Shown: positions 13,789 to 30,060, counted from the first letter of the stretch. The stretch is 64,000 bases of DNA from Eledone cirrhosa (GCA_964016885.1 OZ024758.1:11718001-11782000), one strand, 5' to 3'. Notes: generated by a model not told the origin, from the letters alone. Translations and numbers: made by a program.

Positions 13789-14018
13789 GTGCTTTATAGA
13801 AAGAGATATAAAAATGATATTAATTGATAGCAAGTAATTGTTTTACAACTTATGTCATCATTGTATTAATTCTATTCATTGGTCCAGTCAGCCGACGGCT
13901 AATAAACGAAATGTTTAGAATAGTCTATAGAAACATACTTGCTCGGCTTACTGCTTTTATATGTTTCGGAAGAAAAACGAAGATATCAATGATCACTAGC
14001 ATCATTTATTTCGCCATA

Positions 14019-14120
14019 ATAATTGTTTCTACATTAGGCACAAGGCCAGCAATTACCCAGTGCATTACTGGTACTTTATTTTATCGACCCCGTAAGGCAA
14101 AGTCAACCTCGGCGGGATTT
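14019..14120 (-). mobile_element. 5'-truncated SINE-1 with an 11-bp target-site duplication
   Basis: GCCATAATAAT at 14013-14023 and 14122-14132. Confidence 0.9.
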
Positions 14121-15340
14121 AGCCATAATAATGGGACAAAAATATATAACGACTGACTAAATTATGAGGAATCTATGATGTTATGGATTAAGAATGGTGA
14201 AAACTTTCAACGAGATTTCCTGGTCTTGATATGTTACAGTGATTATAAAATATATTAATTGTTATCTATAATTCTTTCTTGCCATAATAACCACCAAATC
14301 TATCATCATAGCACCTTCATCTCCCCCCTCCTTCTCCGTTTCTTCAGATCATCATCATCATCTGCAAAACTTGCTAGTTTTGATTTAACCCGATACAGGT
14401 TATTTTTGATAATTCAAATTTACAACATTTACGTATTTAATCAATGAACTACAAAACTGAAATACAGAGAAGTAAAGACAACGAACACTCCTCCCCACAA
14501 CAAAATATCTAAAATAAAAAAAAAACAAACAAAAAACCCCCGAAAACGTCTTCATTTATCCGAAGAACTTCGAGTTCCAATATTTAGTTCAAACAGAGAT
14601 TTCTTTCATATTCAGTTTCGGAAATTACAAACATGAAGTAATTCAATTTGTGGCGGAGAGCTTTAAAATTTCAAAGGTTCGGACTCTTCTTATTTTTGGT
14701 TAAGAAAACCATTCAGGTTAATACTTGGTATGTTAACTATAATTTCCTAAGATTGCGAAATTTAATTAATTTCACATTTTAATCTGTATAACATATGTTC
14801 AAAGCGATTCTCACGTATAAATCCTTTACAAAAAGTGTGAAATGTGTGCGGTCTTTTAGGTGAATATTCTTAACATATTCCAGAATGAAATTTGGTCGAG
14901 GTGTAATTACCGTCTCCAACTTTCATGGTCATAGCGCCGCATTAAATCCACAATTAGAGTCGATAATTTGAATGCGAGGTAGTGAATGCCATATTCGGCC
15001 ATATATCTTTACTGCCAAACGATTTATCAACTCTGCATTCAACGTATTTTCAATATAAGATTTTCTTCTCAGAATATACAACTTTCCTGAAAAACCAATG
15101 ATTTCAGACGTTCTTGTTTTTCAGGACTGAATCTGTCGATTGATTATTTCTCTAGTAATGAAGTTTGCTTTTGAAGCAGAGCAAATACCCACAATGACGT
15201 CCTTGTGTATCATAAACCCTTCTAAACCTGGCATATCTGCTTCATCAACACTATAATTAGATAGTAGAAAACATAGTTCACCACAATGGTAAACTAAATA
15301 TATAGTGAAACAATGTAGGCACTACCTAACACTCATTCTC

Positions 15341-15460
15341 ATGACCATCTTCCCGTTCCGCGGTGGCAAACCCCTTGTCTGGGATGCCGCTTGCACCGAC
15401 ACTTTCTGCAGCCGCAACCTGGTGCAGCCTGCGACTGACCCAGGTTCTGCTGCACGGGGC
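15341..15460 (+). mobile_element. Fragment of the restriction-like endonuclease region of a CRE-like non-LTR retrotransposon
   Basis: MTIFPFRGGKPLVWDAACTDTFCSRNLVQPATDPGSAA matches the recalled RPDG.T..P...G..LVWD.TC.DT......PGSAA motif; the segment is GC-rich. Confidence 0.7.
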
Positions 15461-18400
15461 CAAACTCCTCAAATACCGGTCGCTCTCCGACATTTGTTTG
15501 AAATGATCTTGGTGTGACGTGAAATATTTTAATGGTATAGTAAAACACACATGCTACGTTTATGGCGAATGCTTTTCTATTGTTAGTGGTTGAGAACTCC
15601 ACTAACGTGTGCAGGTTTAGTGTAATCCCCAGGCAGATTCAACGTGATATAATACGCACAAGGTCACGATTTGTATTAGAATATAATCTAACCAAAGATC
15701 TGTAAATAATTTCACACACAAAGTTTAAGTTGATGTTAAGTTAAGATGAACGTGTTTGCTGAAGATCTCTCTTCGGATTCACTAAATGCGATATGAGCTT
15801 TTTACATGCTCAGCCATGATGCATCAATATATCTCTCTAGTTTCAAATGCAAGAAAACGCCTTTATCTTCGCTAAACTCGTTCAATTCCACACGGAGAAA
15901 TTATTTCACAAGTGCCGAATGCATTTATTATATGTTAAACTAATTTTGCTCGCTTATTGAAGTTCAAACGCAATTTCGGAACACGAAATTAAATCTATTC
16001 CATTACGTTTTAAGCGGAAAAACCTTGTTAAAATAACACATTTCATCAAACACTTTACCGGTTTAAATGAATAGCTATTGTTTTTGTCTGTTTCTTAAAT
16101 CGTTTATCAGAAATAAACGTACATATTATGAAACGGTTAGAATAAAATTAGATCCATTTTGAAACGATACCATTACATCATGAAAGGCATGATGACAACA
16201 GATACTCTAAAGTGAAATTACATATAATTGTTTTAGAGTTGTCGGATCTTATTAAAACCAATCTATTCAAATGCGAGGAAGGATGGTATTTCTTTTCTTT
16301 TAATTAACCGTATAACACCAATATATTTTAGATGTGTATCGTGTACATCTATCTCCTAGATTGCTTTTACCCGAACAATTACAGACACAGAAACATATGT
16401 ATATATATATATATATATACATATGTTTATATATATATACTCATTTTTTTAAGGGTAAATAGTGAATCCTATTACTTTGGAGTTTCGCCTATTTATCGCA
16501 GGTTCTAATGACTGTGATATACAGGCGAAACCCCAGAGTAACAAGACTCACTATTAACCCTTAATAAAATGAACATTAACAATTTACTTCGGTATTGAGT
16601 ACTTTTTTTATTTTCTCTCAGTCAAGTTAGCGTTCAATCATATTTATTACTGATATTTTATAGTCAATTATCATCAATTTTTGTGGAGGTAATGGACCTT
16701 GTAGTTATAGTGTTGTACTCAAAACCAGACTATAGCATTTGAGATTGTGAATATTATTAAAATATTATTTATGCGTTCGATTTACTTCCATAGTTAAAAA
16801 TGTTTAAATTGTGAAACTTGAACCCACAACCATGGAAACAACCGGAATAATATTTTATATTATTAGTTTATATATATACGATAGTATGTGGCAATAACAA
16901 TCTACCGAATCTTATATATTTTTCATATATTCTCTTTTCGCAAATAATAAACCTTGAATTAAAAATTCTAAAATGCCAAGAGGCCGCCAAATTCTCTATT
17001 TAGTTGTTTAGAATCAGGTGCTGTATTGGAGGTTTATTTTGTTACATTTTAAGTGATATTCTAATGAATTGTTTAATGTTTAAGATAGAAAATAAATATA
17101 ATCTTTTATTTAAAAAAAAATCATTATTGGTTTTGAAAAGAAAAAGTTTTAATATTTTCAAGTGTAAATATTGTTTGTTCTCATCTATTCTCATCTATTC
17201 CTCAGTGAGACGTGTGTCTATATTGGAGCAATATTTATAAGTTTCCAAGTATTTATATTGCACTTAAGAAGATTTGAATTTTGAATAATTTTCCATATGC
17301 ATTTTACATATCAACTGGGATTAGACACAACCGAAATATATTTTGATCAAGTCTTCGACAGAGAAAAAGTTAGATGTTTAGTTTAACCACTACAAAAGTA
17401 TTGCATGTGAACCACAATTGTCTATTTAATCCACTACGATTGTCCACGCCTACAATAGTATATTTGCATACTATTTCAAAATACTTAAATGTAAGGGTAG
17501 CAATATTCTTTAGAGATATTCTATATTGAATTAAAATTTGGTCGGGGTTAGATGGTTCTGACAATTGTTATTTAACCCCCCCCCCCCATGTTTAATTCTG
17601 CTAACATTTGTCCCATGAATACTTTCGACTCGGTATAAGAATCTGGTCCTCTTTGTTGCAAATGTTGATAAAATATTTATTGAAGGACGTCGTTTGAATC
17701 TTGAGTTGTTCCAACATAAACAGTTTGAAGGGAACGACAGCAAACCTGATAACCACATTTGTTTAACAGGAGTTATCTTTCCCCTCTACTACATTTCTGT
17801 GTATTATTTTGCTATATAATATTGATGGTATTTTTGTTTTCCTAGGATAGGGCTAATCGTGAAAGTTCTTCAAACGTTCGTTTTATTTTCTGTCTATAAT
17901 AAATGACATAACAGTACTTTTGATAGGTACAACTCAATAATTCTTCAGATAAACTGAATAAAAGGAATCTCGCGGATCGAACGATTTAATCACACATTTG
18001 AGAGAATGCCCATCTTCATTACCTGTACAACGAAACATTGTTTATTCAGATAATATCACAGACCTGTCAACCCCAAACACCTCCCACCCCCCACCCGTCC
18101 GGCGAGGAGACCTCCCACCTTCTCTGGGCTGGGTGAGAGATATGTTCTCTTGTGAAAATGGGTATAGCTTTCATTTTATAAAACCTCCCCAATTTGCCTC
18201 ATTTCTCTTCGTTTTCAGGGACCCTTTTTTCATGGTACTCCCTGTTTGAGTATTTAGAGGTTGGCAGCTCTGCTATTATAACATTGCATTTATAACATTG
18301 AAAATTATATTTCTTGAGATTCAATAAATTATTGCATTTGACGTGTTTCCATAAAATCTAAAATGTAAACATAAGTTACACAGTAATTAATTATATTGTT

Positions 18401-18537
18401 GAAATAAATATATCATATAAAGTAAAGCTATGTAATCAGTTTGGATTGCTTCAATGATGATGTACAAATTATAAGGAATATCATCAAAACGAATTGACCA
18501 ATAACTGCGTTTTTAATACGTGATAGTTATAGCGTGA

Positions 18538-18757
18538 GTGAAGGCGTGTGGCTGAGTGGTTAGAGAATTGGATTCGCAATCGTAAGGTTGTGAGTTCGAT
18601 TCCTGGACCAGGTGATGCGTTATGTCCTTGAGCAAGACACTTTATTTCACGTTGCCCCTTCTACCTGGAGTTGCGACCGATATATAGTATTAGCAATTGG
18701 AAAGACCAACGGAAACATTGTTCCCACGGTCCGATTTGACGAAAGTCGATCGTTCCA
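18538..18757 (+). mobile_element. tRNA-derived SINE-2 (inverted copy at 59049-59247)
   Basis: A-box TGGCTGAGTGG, B-box GTTCGATTCC, TGTCCTTGAGCAAGACACTTTATTTCAC core; body shared with the 59049 copy. Confidence 0.85.
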
Positions 18758-20197
18758 TCAGTTATAGCTTTTTAAACAAATATATACTTTGTATCAAGTG
18801 GGTAAATTGTAGTTCAATGGCTACGAAAGAAATCCTGAGAACACTTTGAAGATTTCTGTTCAGAAATGCTGGCCTCTTATTATTATTATTATTATTATTA
18901 TTGTTGTTGTTACTATTGTAATTATCATCATTTTTATTATTATTATTACTATTATTATTATCATTTTTATTATTATTATTACTATTGTTATTGTTATTAT
19001 TATTATTATTAGTAGTAGTAGTAGTAATAATGGAGGAGTTGTTCCAATGAAATAAATAAGTTTTAAGTAGTTACGTTTTAACGGGTTAAAATGATAAAAT
19101 TTGTATTAGCCTCTTCAACAATCATTGACTTTTCCTTCAGTCTTTTTTTATTTATGTTTCTTGTATTCCTTGCCACATGCGGCCCGTTCTCTAGCAGAAC
19201 AGCTCTGCTGAGGAGGAGGGGGAGGAGGAGGAGGAAGAGAAGAAGGAGAAGGAGAAAAAAAAGAGAAAAGACGAAAAGAAGTCGAAGACGAAGAAAATGA
19301 AGAATTATTTCATGCAGTTTTGTAAATTTCTTCCTATCTTGATTGCATCGAATTACTTTTCAAGTATGTTTGAACAGCGTCCATGGTTAATAAATTACGG
19401 AAATATTCCTACTTTTCTTTTCCTGGTCAAGGAAGTTAATAGCTCTTCAATATGTCATATTATCTGTCTTTCAAAGGTCAAATTGCAACATATGTTTCTC
19501 TATAGTTCTTCCCATGGTTGATTAAAAAGAAAATAGAAAATTTGAACGAAACGGAAGCCTAAAGATTCTGGTAATATAAAATAATTATATATGTCTCTAT
19601 TTATAATAATGTAATTTTACCTTTCGTCGACAGATGATCTAGCTATATTATAAATACGTATAAAGCTTCTATTTCTATTTTCAAACTCGTTCGCTGTTTA
19701 CAAAGAAAAAAAAAACTTGCTTGTCAAAATACTTGCCAAGAATATAACTTCTAATTTGAATAAAAAGAGACGTGTGGTGTGTTGTTGTAATGGTAGCACA
19801 GTGGTCTCGATAACCAAAAATGTGGGTTCAACTCCCATATACGTCAAAACTCATATTTTTCCCTTTCTTAGAGGGCTCTAAATCCCACTATCAGGATAAC
19901 ATTTCTTTAGTAAAAAGAAATACAACGAAAGCTTATATTTTTATTTTGAAAACAAAACAAACTTACTTGTCACATACGTAATGTTTTAGAAGCTACGAAA
20001 AATAGATAAAATAATTTTGCCTTCGGAATATTCATAACATTTCACTACAGCGTAAGAAATAACGATTATAATAAATATTATTTATATTTCTATCATCTTT
20101 CGAAAATCAAAATACGACAATAATTCTGCATATAATACTGTTTTCATAAAGTCCCAGTAGATGAATGATAACAATCAGAAATCACGTATATATATAT

Positions 20198-20360
20198 TGA
20201 GTATGTGCTGGTTGTTTACCGACACCCCAGTATGCAGGTTGGAGCACTCAACGAAGTGCACAGGTTGGTTTGTTTACTCCAGAGTAATGTAAAATAATAA
20301 GTGTATGTCAAACATGTTAAAGTTGGTTTCGGTTATTCAAATGCTCTGCTACACATATTT

Positions 20361-20368
<8 letters not shown>
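20198..20368 (-). mobile_element. TA-flanked pLTR tail fragment, same family as 54110-54200
   Basis: Reverse complement of TTACTCCGGAGTAA..AAACCAA.CTG.GCACTTCGT.GAGTGCTCCAA.CTGCATACTG.GGTGTC.GTAAACAAC. Confidence 0.75.
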
Positions 20369-20417
<49 letters not shown>

Positions 20418-20762
20418 GTGAGGTTTTTTTTTACAAAATGAAAAATAACCGAGGTGTCCTACACGAGTGAAAGTATCAAGAAAAAGAGATGAAATCGAAA
20501 ATGCAACAGGAGTCTTATTTTAAAAAAAAATATATATATATTATATACATAATATATATATTATATACAAAAAATATATATATGTATATACATATACATA
20601 TATATATGAGGAATAATATAGAATGAAATCTACAGAACTCATTCTTTCGTAATTATCAAGAAAGACTCTCCACATACCTTAAGACGAATGGATGAGTTTC
20701 ATTCGTGTAGAAGTAATATATATGAACCTTTTGTCTTGATCTAGTGGGTATATATATATGTA

Positions 20763-20813
<51 letters not shown>

Positions 20814-21029
20814 CACTCCTTTTCCAAAATGATACGGAAAATATCAAAGTTCAATGAGGTACCCACTATATATATATATATATATATATATAGTTAAAAC
20901 AGAAAACAAAAACAATAACGAAAGTTCAGTACAAAGTGTTAGTATTAGGTTCAGGCTTGAGAGTGGGGTGGGGCGGGGGGAATGATATATATATATGCAT
21001 TTATCATTTATATACATACATATATATAC

Positions 21030-21064
<35 letters not shown>

Positions 21065-21138
21065 CATACTTACATACACACACCTATATATATATATAAA
21101 TATATATTTATATATACATAATGTATATATCTATATAT

Positions 21139-21171
<33 letters not shown>

Positions 21172-21247
21172 AATATATATATATTTATATATACATAATG
21201 CATATATATATATATATATATATACATACACACACAAACACACACAC

Positions 21248-21304
<57 letters not shown>

Positions 21305-21706
21305 ATGCATATATATATACATACATATACATACATACACACATAGATGCATACATTTTATATATATATATATATAACATACACAGATAACATTTGGTAG
21401 TGAGTTTAATTTCTTTAATGAAAAGAAAATACTATGTACAAGGGAAGAAACAATTTGATTATTGTGTTGAAATCCAAGAAGTTCGTGTTTAGATAGAAAA
21501 TAAAAAACAAAGAGCATAAAATATAGAAAAGAATTGCAGGACAAAGCAATGAATTGCAGCTTGCTTAATATATCATTTAGTCTTTTATCAAGATATTATC
21601 TCACGCATAAAGTTACCGAGTTACATTGCATATGTTACAGCGTTCATTATCTGGTAGTACAATATGTACTTTGTTTAAGTATTGTTATATATGTGGTGTA
21701 AGATGA

Positions 21707-21749
<43 letters not shown>

Positions 21750-21887
21750 GGTGTGTGCGAGTGAGTGAGAGAGACGTGAGAGATGGTGTGTGTGTGTGTT
21801 AGAAAGAATGAGCGATAGTGTGGGTAGGAGTGAGGGTGTGTTTGTGATCGCGAGAAAGTGTGAGAATGAGAGAGAGAGAGAGAGATG

Positions 21888-21940
<53 letters not shown>

Positions 21941-22351
21941 TGAGAGAGACTAAGAGAGGGTGTGTGTGTGAGAAAGAATGAGTGAGAGTGTGTTTGTGAT
22001 CGCGAGAAAGTGTGTGAGAGAGAGAGAGAGAATGATAGTGAGAGAGTGAGAGAGAAAAAGGAAGAGAGTGGCTTGGTCAATCACCATTAGAGGGAGATAT
22101 TAGTACTAACAGTCGAAGTTCATGTCTATATGAATCAGGTGAGTTTATTCTGGTATTTTAGAGAATGAAGAATCTGAAGAATAGTTAGTTTGTGAAGTCT
22201 GTTTAATACATCATGGAAAAGTTATTTTCTTGTGGAACTATTGAGGAGTGGCTGTGATTGTGTGGGTGCTGATGATGTGGTTTTGGCTCTTGATAATACT
22301 GTAGCTGTGATCACTCTAGGCGACTAAATTCATCTCCTAATCATAAATAGA

Positions 22352-22392
<41 letters not shown>

Positions 22393-22458
22393 GTGCAACG
22401 AAAGATTTATGATAAACTATATATATGTGTTTGTGTCTATATTGTATCTGTATTATTT

Positions 22459-22609
22459 TTGACCGTCGGTCAGCCAATGGCAACATTGAGGACCGAGTAA
22501 GTTAGATTACCGATATAAAAGACAGCGAGAAGCGAAAACCAACCAAACAGTGAGTGTGTTCTGTTATTAATTCTGGCAATATTACACAAATATGACCCTC
22601 CCCAAGTAT

Positions 22610-22616
<7 letters not shown>
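22459..22616 (+). mobile_element. Family E island (foldback copy 28086-28370; diverged inverted piece 30644-30750)
   Basis: Near-identical TTGACCGTCGGTCAG...GACCCTCCCCAAGTATAACAATAT in both main copies. Confidence 0.8.
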
Positions 22617-22647
<31 letters not shown>

Positions 22648-22946
22648 GGAATAGAATGAAACAAAATTTCATTTCTCACTCTTAGTACGGCAGTTACTAA
22701 TAAGCTAATAAGCTTGAAACTAGTGCATCGTTCCTGTGTCAGTGTTGAACAAAAAGGTGACGTGGTTGCCTAAACACTGTACGGCGTAATTCGGGCTGTT
22801 TGTTTGTTTACAAACAAACCGAGCATTATAATAAATGTTCGGTAAACCGATACGTGCATATATATATGTGTGCATGTGTGTATATATATACATACTACTG
22901 TACGTCTGTATACATATATGTATGTACGTATACATACATACATACT

Positions 22947-22992
<46 letters not shown>

Positions 22993-23190
22993 TAGAACAT
23001 TGGAAGGTAATATCCGTAGTGGTAGAGCACTCAGTCCATGGGACGAGTTAGGTAGAAGTGGCAACACAACAAGCTGAGGATCCGCTAAGGGGAAACAATT
23101 GTTCTCAGTATGGTGAACTAACTGTTGTGTTACCACTTCTCTCTCTATATATATATATATCCCTCTCTTTCTTTCTCTCTCTCTCTCACA

Positions 23191-23226
<36 letters not shown>

Positions 23227-23374
23227 GTCAGGTAATTCCGAAGAAAACGCAAAGGAAAAAAGAGTGCTCTATGTATAGAACAGAGCTATTTAATTTGAAA
23301 GTGAACAACACGAAATATAACTACTCCATTACTAAAGGTTTCTGGATCTCAGACAATACGTCTGGATGGGTCAT

Positions 23375-23442
23375 CTCTGTCTGATGACCGATAAAGACGT
23401 ATATTAACATTGTCTGAGATCCAGAAACCTTTGGTAATGGAG
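23375..23442 (+). ncRNA. Hammerhead motif in foldback island 23227-23482
   Basis: CTCTGT-CTGATGA-CCGATAAAGAC...GTCTGAGATCCA-GAAA-CCTTTGG-TA-ATGGAG with a GUA triplet. Arms 23299-23374 / 23383-23469. Confidence 0.7.
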
Positions 23443-23482
23443 TAGTTATATTTCGTGTTGTTCACTTTCTAATTCTAATTAC

Positions 23483-23531
<49 letters not shown>

Positions 23532-23640
23532 AGAGAGAGAGAGAGAGAGGGGGAGAGAGATGGAAATCTATTTGTGAAAACACAAGAATACGTACTGAAC
23601 AATACACCCCGACAAAAGATGGATACACGCGCACACACGC

Positions 23641-23732
<92 letters not shown>

Positions 23733-24049
23733 CTTCGCTCCAAAGAAATCAGAAGCCGGAAAGATATGACTTCAAAATATTGTCATGTAGTTTAGACAGT
23801 TTCCATCGGAATCAGATTTCTTGTAAACAAAAGAAATTAACCGGCAGCAGCTGTTTGAAGACAATAGATCGATGTTGTTTGAATAGCAAGACATTACTCT
23901 GTGAAATATTGGTATTACTCTGTGAAATGTGTGTTGGAATGAATTGCAATCCGTTTGGGAATGGCTTTTTCGTGTATGTTTCTTTGACGTTAAGCATATG
24001 ACAATTTAAACGGAAATGGAAGATACTTTCAATCGTTATATAAAGTGTT

Positions 24050-24482
24050 TGGCAGTATCGTTAGAGCGTCGAATAACATACTTTACGGCATAGAGTGACA
24101 GCCTTTTACGTTCTGAGATCAAATCCAGCCGAGGTTAGCTTTGCCTTTCTTCCTTACAGGACCGATAAAATAAAGTACCAGAAACGCATCGCATTTACCA
24201 TCCTCCGGGACTGTGGGTAGGCCAACACGTGGGGCCCCATTTACTTCCCCTACGGATAGATTCAGAGAGATGGCGGCGATCACAGTGGGAGTTGGGCTGT
24301 TCTTTCATGTTTGCTTAGGTTACAATTGCATTGTGGTAGAAACTGGAATTGTCACCTTATCACTATCTCAATGACATATTCAGTTGGCTTCATAGTAGCA
24401 CCAGTCCTGTAGAAAAGTAACGTACTGGGATCGATTTAATTGCCTCGCCTCACCCAAAATTGTTGTGTCGAAATCAGAATCC
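24050..24482 (+). mobile_element. Older SINE-1 subfamily copy interrupted by a ~230-bp insertion (about 24182-24412)
   Basis: Head and core run to GTACCAG at 24181, and the 3' part TACTGGGATCGATTTAAT resumes at ~24423. Confidence 0.6.
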
Positions 24483-24689
24483 GTTATATTAATTCAACTA
24501 ACGAGGCACACATATATATGTTAGCATACGTTTAGTTGCCAGGTTTCCCAATTGCAAATGGGCCCCAGGGGACCCACGGTAGCATTGCAGGGTCCACTGT
24601 AGTATTTTAGGGGCCCAATGCTTTGCTTTAAAAAAATACCTGAAGTCTAAGAGAAAGAATAATATTTTTTTTATATAAATAAAACAATT

Positions 24690-25078
24690 AAGGAAAGCAT
24701 TTGATTAACCACATCATTTTGTTTTGAAAATTTTGAAAGTAGGTTTATAAGTATGAATTTTCTTAAGATCTTCGTAACTGTAGGTACTTCGTAGCGGTAG
24801 GTACTACAGCCGGTTGAGATCCTGGTCTTGGGTTCAATCCTGCTTGAGAGGTACATGTAATCTCTTTCAGTTTTTATTTTACATCCCATAGAAAATAACT
24901 GAAAAGGATTAGCGGGAACACTACTCCCGACGAGGATCGAACTTCAAACCAGAACAACAACCGTCCACGGTTCCTCCAACTAGGCCACAGGAGACAGGTA
25001 CAGAAGTATAACGAAAATTAATAATTATAAACCTACTTTCAAAGTTTAAAATATGTGGTGTCCTTCATGGCTTTCCTA
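24690..25078. repeat. Diverged inverted repeat carrying two convergent tRNA-like cassettes
   Basis: TTTGAAAGTAGGTTTATAA (24732) versus TTATAAACCTACTTTCAAA (ends 25043). B-box GGTTCAATCC on +, and TGGCCTAGTTGG...GTTCGATCC on -. Confidence 0.6.
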
Positions 25079-25327
25079 GTGCTATCAGTCGTATTTAGGG
25101 TCGACTTGCTAACTGGCTCTTCGGATATATATATATATATACGATACGAATGAGTTAGGACTTCAACGATTGAGCTCCTGCCGTATCAACAGCTTGTTGC
25201 AGACTCAAGTATCGAGTACCCTGGTAAGTATTGGTGTAACTAGTTTCTTACTGAATCCATATCCTGATATATATATAGAGAATAATAAATATGGGTTTAT
25301 AAATATAGTTTCCATTTATTTAATATC

Positions 25328-25373
<46 letters not shown>

Positions 25374-25551
25374 TATATTCAATTATATTAAATAAATGGA
25401 AACTATATTTATAAACCCATATTTATTCTATTATATATACTTCAAAGGTACCAAAACTTTGGTACTCTCTCATCAGATAAAATACACAGTTTGTTTTATA
25501 TATTGACATATCCAGGAAGAAGATCTTAACGGTTCAAGTTTTCCTTTGTAC

Positions 25552-25606
25552 TTTATCTGATGAGAGCGTACCAAAGTTTTGGTACCCTTGAAATATATAT
25601 AATAGA
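25552..25606 (+). ncRNA. Hammerhead motif in foldback island 25375-25746 (mirror copy 25427-25481, - strand, GAAG variant)
   Basis: TTTAT-CTGATGA-GAGCGTACCAAA(GT)TTTGGTACCCTT-GAAA-TATATATA-ATAGA; AATAAA at 25606 and GAGTGCT at 25678. Confidence 0.8.
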
Positions 25607-26389
25607 ATAAATATGGTTTTATAAATATAGTTTCCATTTATTTAATATCATTGAATGTTATACACCATAAAACAGTCGAGTGCTTCGAATCTGTTATAAA
25701 CATAAATATTTGTTGAATTACCAACAAATTAAACATCCCTTTTGCTTATATATATATATATATATTGGAAAATGTGTGTAATCCTTGGTACAGTTAGGTA
25801 TATTAAGACAGGGGGAAGAAAAAATGGCTTCACTTGTGCTTCCAACAAATTTATTTTCTTCACAAAATCCCAAAAGAATTTTTCTTAAAAAAAATTATTT
25901 TATAAATTAAGTTGTTGGTTGTTGGTTAGGTCTTAGGAGTTCTTGGTTAACGTAGGAGGTATTGTTTCGTTTTTAGAAAGACCTTTCAGGCTGAGGTGCG
26001 CTTGTCAAACTGATATATATATATATATATACTACATCCCCCCCTTCTTTCTTTCTATCTGTATCTTTATTATTAATATTATATTTATTTTGATGTGATA
26101 GTTTGATTTCGTTACTTTGCGCGTTATACATTTAACATATATCTTCGTTCTCTCTTTCGCCGTTCTTCTTTTTTTCCCTATCCTTTCCATCTATCCCCCT
26201 TCCTTTATTTCTTATTTCTTTTTTATTAATAGTATTTAGTAATTTAATAATACTATGTAGTAATTTGAATTCATAAATTTGTGCTGCACTAATACTAATT
26301 ATTCGACAAATTGACATCTTCAGTTCGTATGAAACTCTCTCTTTCTCTCGCTCTCTCTCTATCTATCTTTATCTTTCAATATCTCTCTA

Positions 26390-28085
<1,696 letters not shown>

Positions 28086-28372
28086 TTGTTATACTTGGGG
28101 AGGGTCATATTTGTGTAATATTGCGAAAATTAATAACAGAACACACTCACTGTTTGGTTGGTTGACCGTCGGTCAGTCAATGGCAACATTGAGGACCGAG
28201 TAAGTTAGATTACCGATATAAAAGACACAGAAGCGAGAAGCGAAAACCAACCAAACAGTGAGTGTGTTCTGTTATTAATTCTGGCAATATTACACAAATA
28301 TGACCCTCCCCAAGTATAACAATATTTGTTTCGACACACGATTTCATATAAAAAACCTCGCAAAACTAATAC

Positions 28373-28427
<55 letters not shown>

Positions 28428-28860
28428 CATATATACATATATACATATATACATATATATATATATATAGCATATATATATATATAAAGATATATACTAA
28501 TTATTTAGGTTCGTTGGTTCACCACTGGATAGAACTGGTCATTCCGTATGGTCAACCACGATGTAATATGATGGAGAGCACTCAATGTAATGCAACTCAC
28601 CCCTCTTCGTTTGTGTAGTTGGTGGTGCGAGTATGGAGTTAATTATTATAAAATAACAGGAGGCTGGACTGGTGTAGTTCCTTAAAAGGTTTATTATACT
28701 ATGATCATTTCAATGACCGGGTTCAGTATGAATTCGGTGACATCATCAGGTATTCGAAATATAACAAACGAATATAGTAAACTAAATATTCGGTCGCCCT
28801 CTTGTCTCTGATTTTCAGCCCCATGGATTTTGTCTATTATATTCCTTTGTTATATTTCGA

Positions 28861-28918
28861 ATACCTGATGATGTCGTCGGATTCAGTATGAATCCGGTCA
28901 TTGAAATGATCATAGTAT
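28861..28918 (+). ncRNA. Canonical hammerhead motif in foldback island 28497-28966 (mirror copy 28696-28753 on -)
   Basis: ATAC-CTGATGA-TGTCGTCGGATTCA(GTA)TGAATCCGGTCATT-GAAA-TGATCATA-GTAT; stem III ATGATCAT is a palindrome. GAGCACTC at 28576. Confidence 0.82.
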
Positions 28919-29035
28919 AATAACCCTTTTAAGGAATTACACCAGTCCAGCCTCCTGTTATTTTATATGTATACATATATATAGAGAGAGAGTGAGAGAG
29001 AGAGCTATATAGGTAGATAGTTATATATATGTATG

Positions 29036-29070
<35 letters not shown>

Positions 29071-29865
29071 GGGAGAGATAGAGAGAGGTAGAGACAGAGA
29101 TAGAAACATAGATATAGAGATAGATATTGAGATACAGAGAGGATGGTGGGATGAATTAAATAGAAAGCTATTATATAAATAAACATATAAAACCCAAGTA
29201 TATTTTGACTTCTTCAGTGACAATCGTTATGCGATGCATTTAATTTTCTTGAATTGAAGCCTTTATGCTAAGTTTAAGGACAATGTTGAAGTTACTCATT
29301 AGAGTGATGAATACACATAGCCCAGAAGCCATGTATACAGAAGCTTGTATATATATATGAATCCTTGAGAGTTTATCTGATCAACATCTGAACCCAACTT
29401 TGGCGTCGAAAGACTTTGACAAACATAGACCCCTCGTTGTTTTCATTCATCATTACTAACTTGATTTATTTGTGATTCTACCCCTGCAGATAAACACTTT
29501 ACATTTTTTTTTAATCTTCTCCCTCGCTCCAATCTATCTATCGACTCTTTATAACTGTCGGATAACTTCCTGTCGCCATTTTTCTTTTGACCTTTTTTCT
29601 TCATTACAAAGTTTATCGACTACAGTTTGCGCTTGTTCACTATTTAACACACCATTCTTCAGTCATACCGCATGCACTCTTTAATGTGTTGTTAATTCAT
29701 TTATTAACACGCGTCTATTCATGCCGATTTTATTTTAAATACTGACGTGTCTATATATAGATATGTATACACATACGATTTACATATACAATATAAAAAA
29801 AACCCAGACACATACGCATATATATACACGCACAGACACACGCATCCGAGCAAACACAAACACAC

Positions 29866-29931
29866 ACATATATATATATATATATATACATACATACATA
29901 TATATACACATATATATATATATATACATAC

Positions 29932-29962
<31 letters not shown>

Positions 29963-29981
29963 CATACATATATATATATAC

Positions 29982-30012
<31 letters not shown>

Positions 30013-30026
30013 CATACATATATATA

Positions 30027-30060
<34 letters not shown>

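Noticed and set aside
15122-15296. Roughly 58-codon open minus frame YHCGELCFLLSNYSVDEADMPGLEG... after an AG
   Set aside because: No recognisable family or partner exons; could be chance.
18538-18615. tRNA gene candidates (also 8030, 19776, 24785, 24920)
   Set aside because: Acceptor and anticodon stems do not close properly, and each continues into repeat body sequence; treated as SINE heads.
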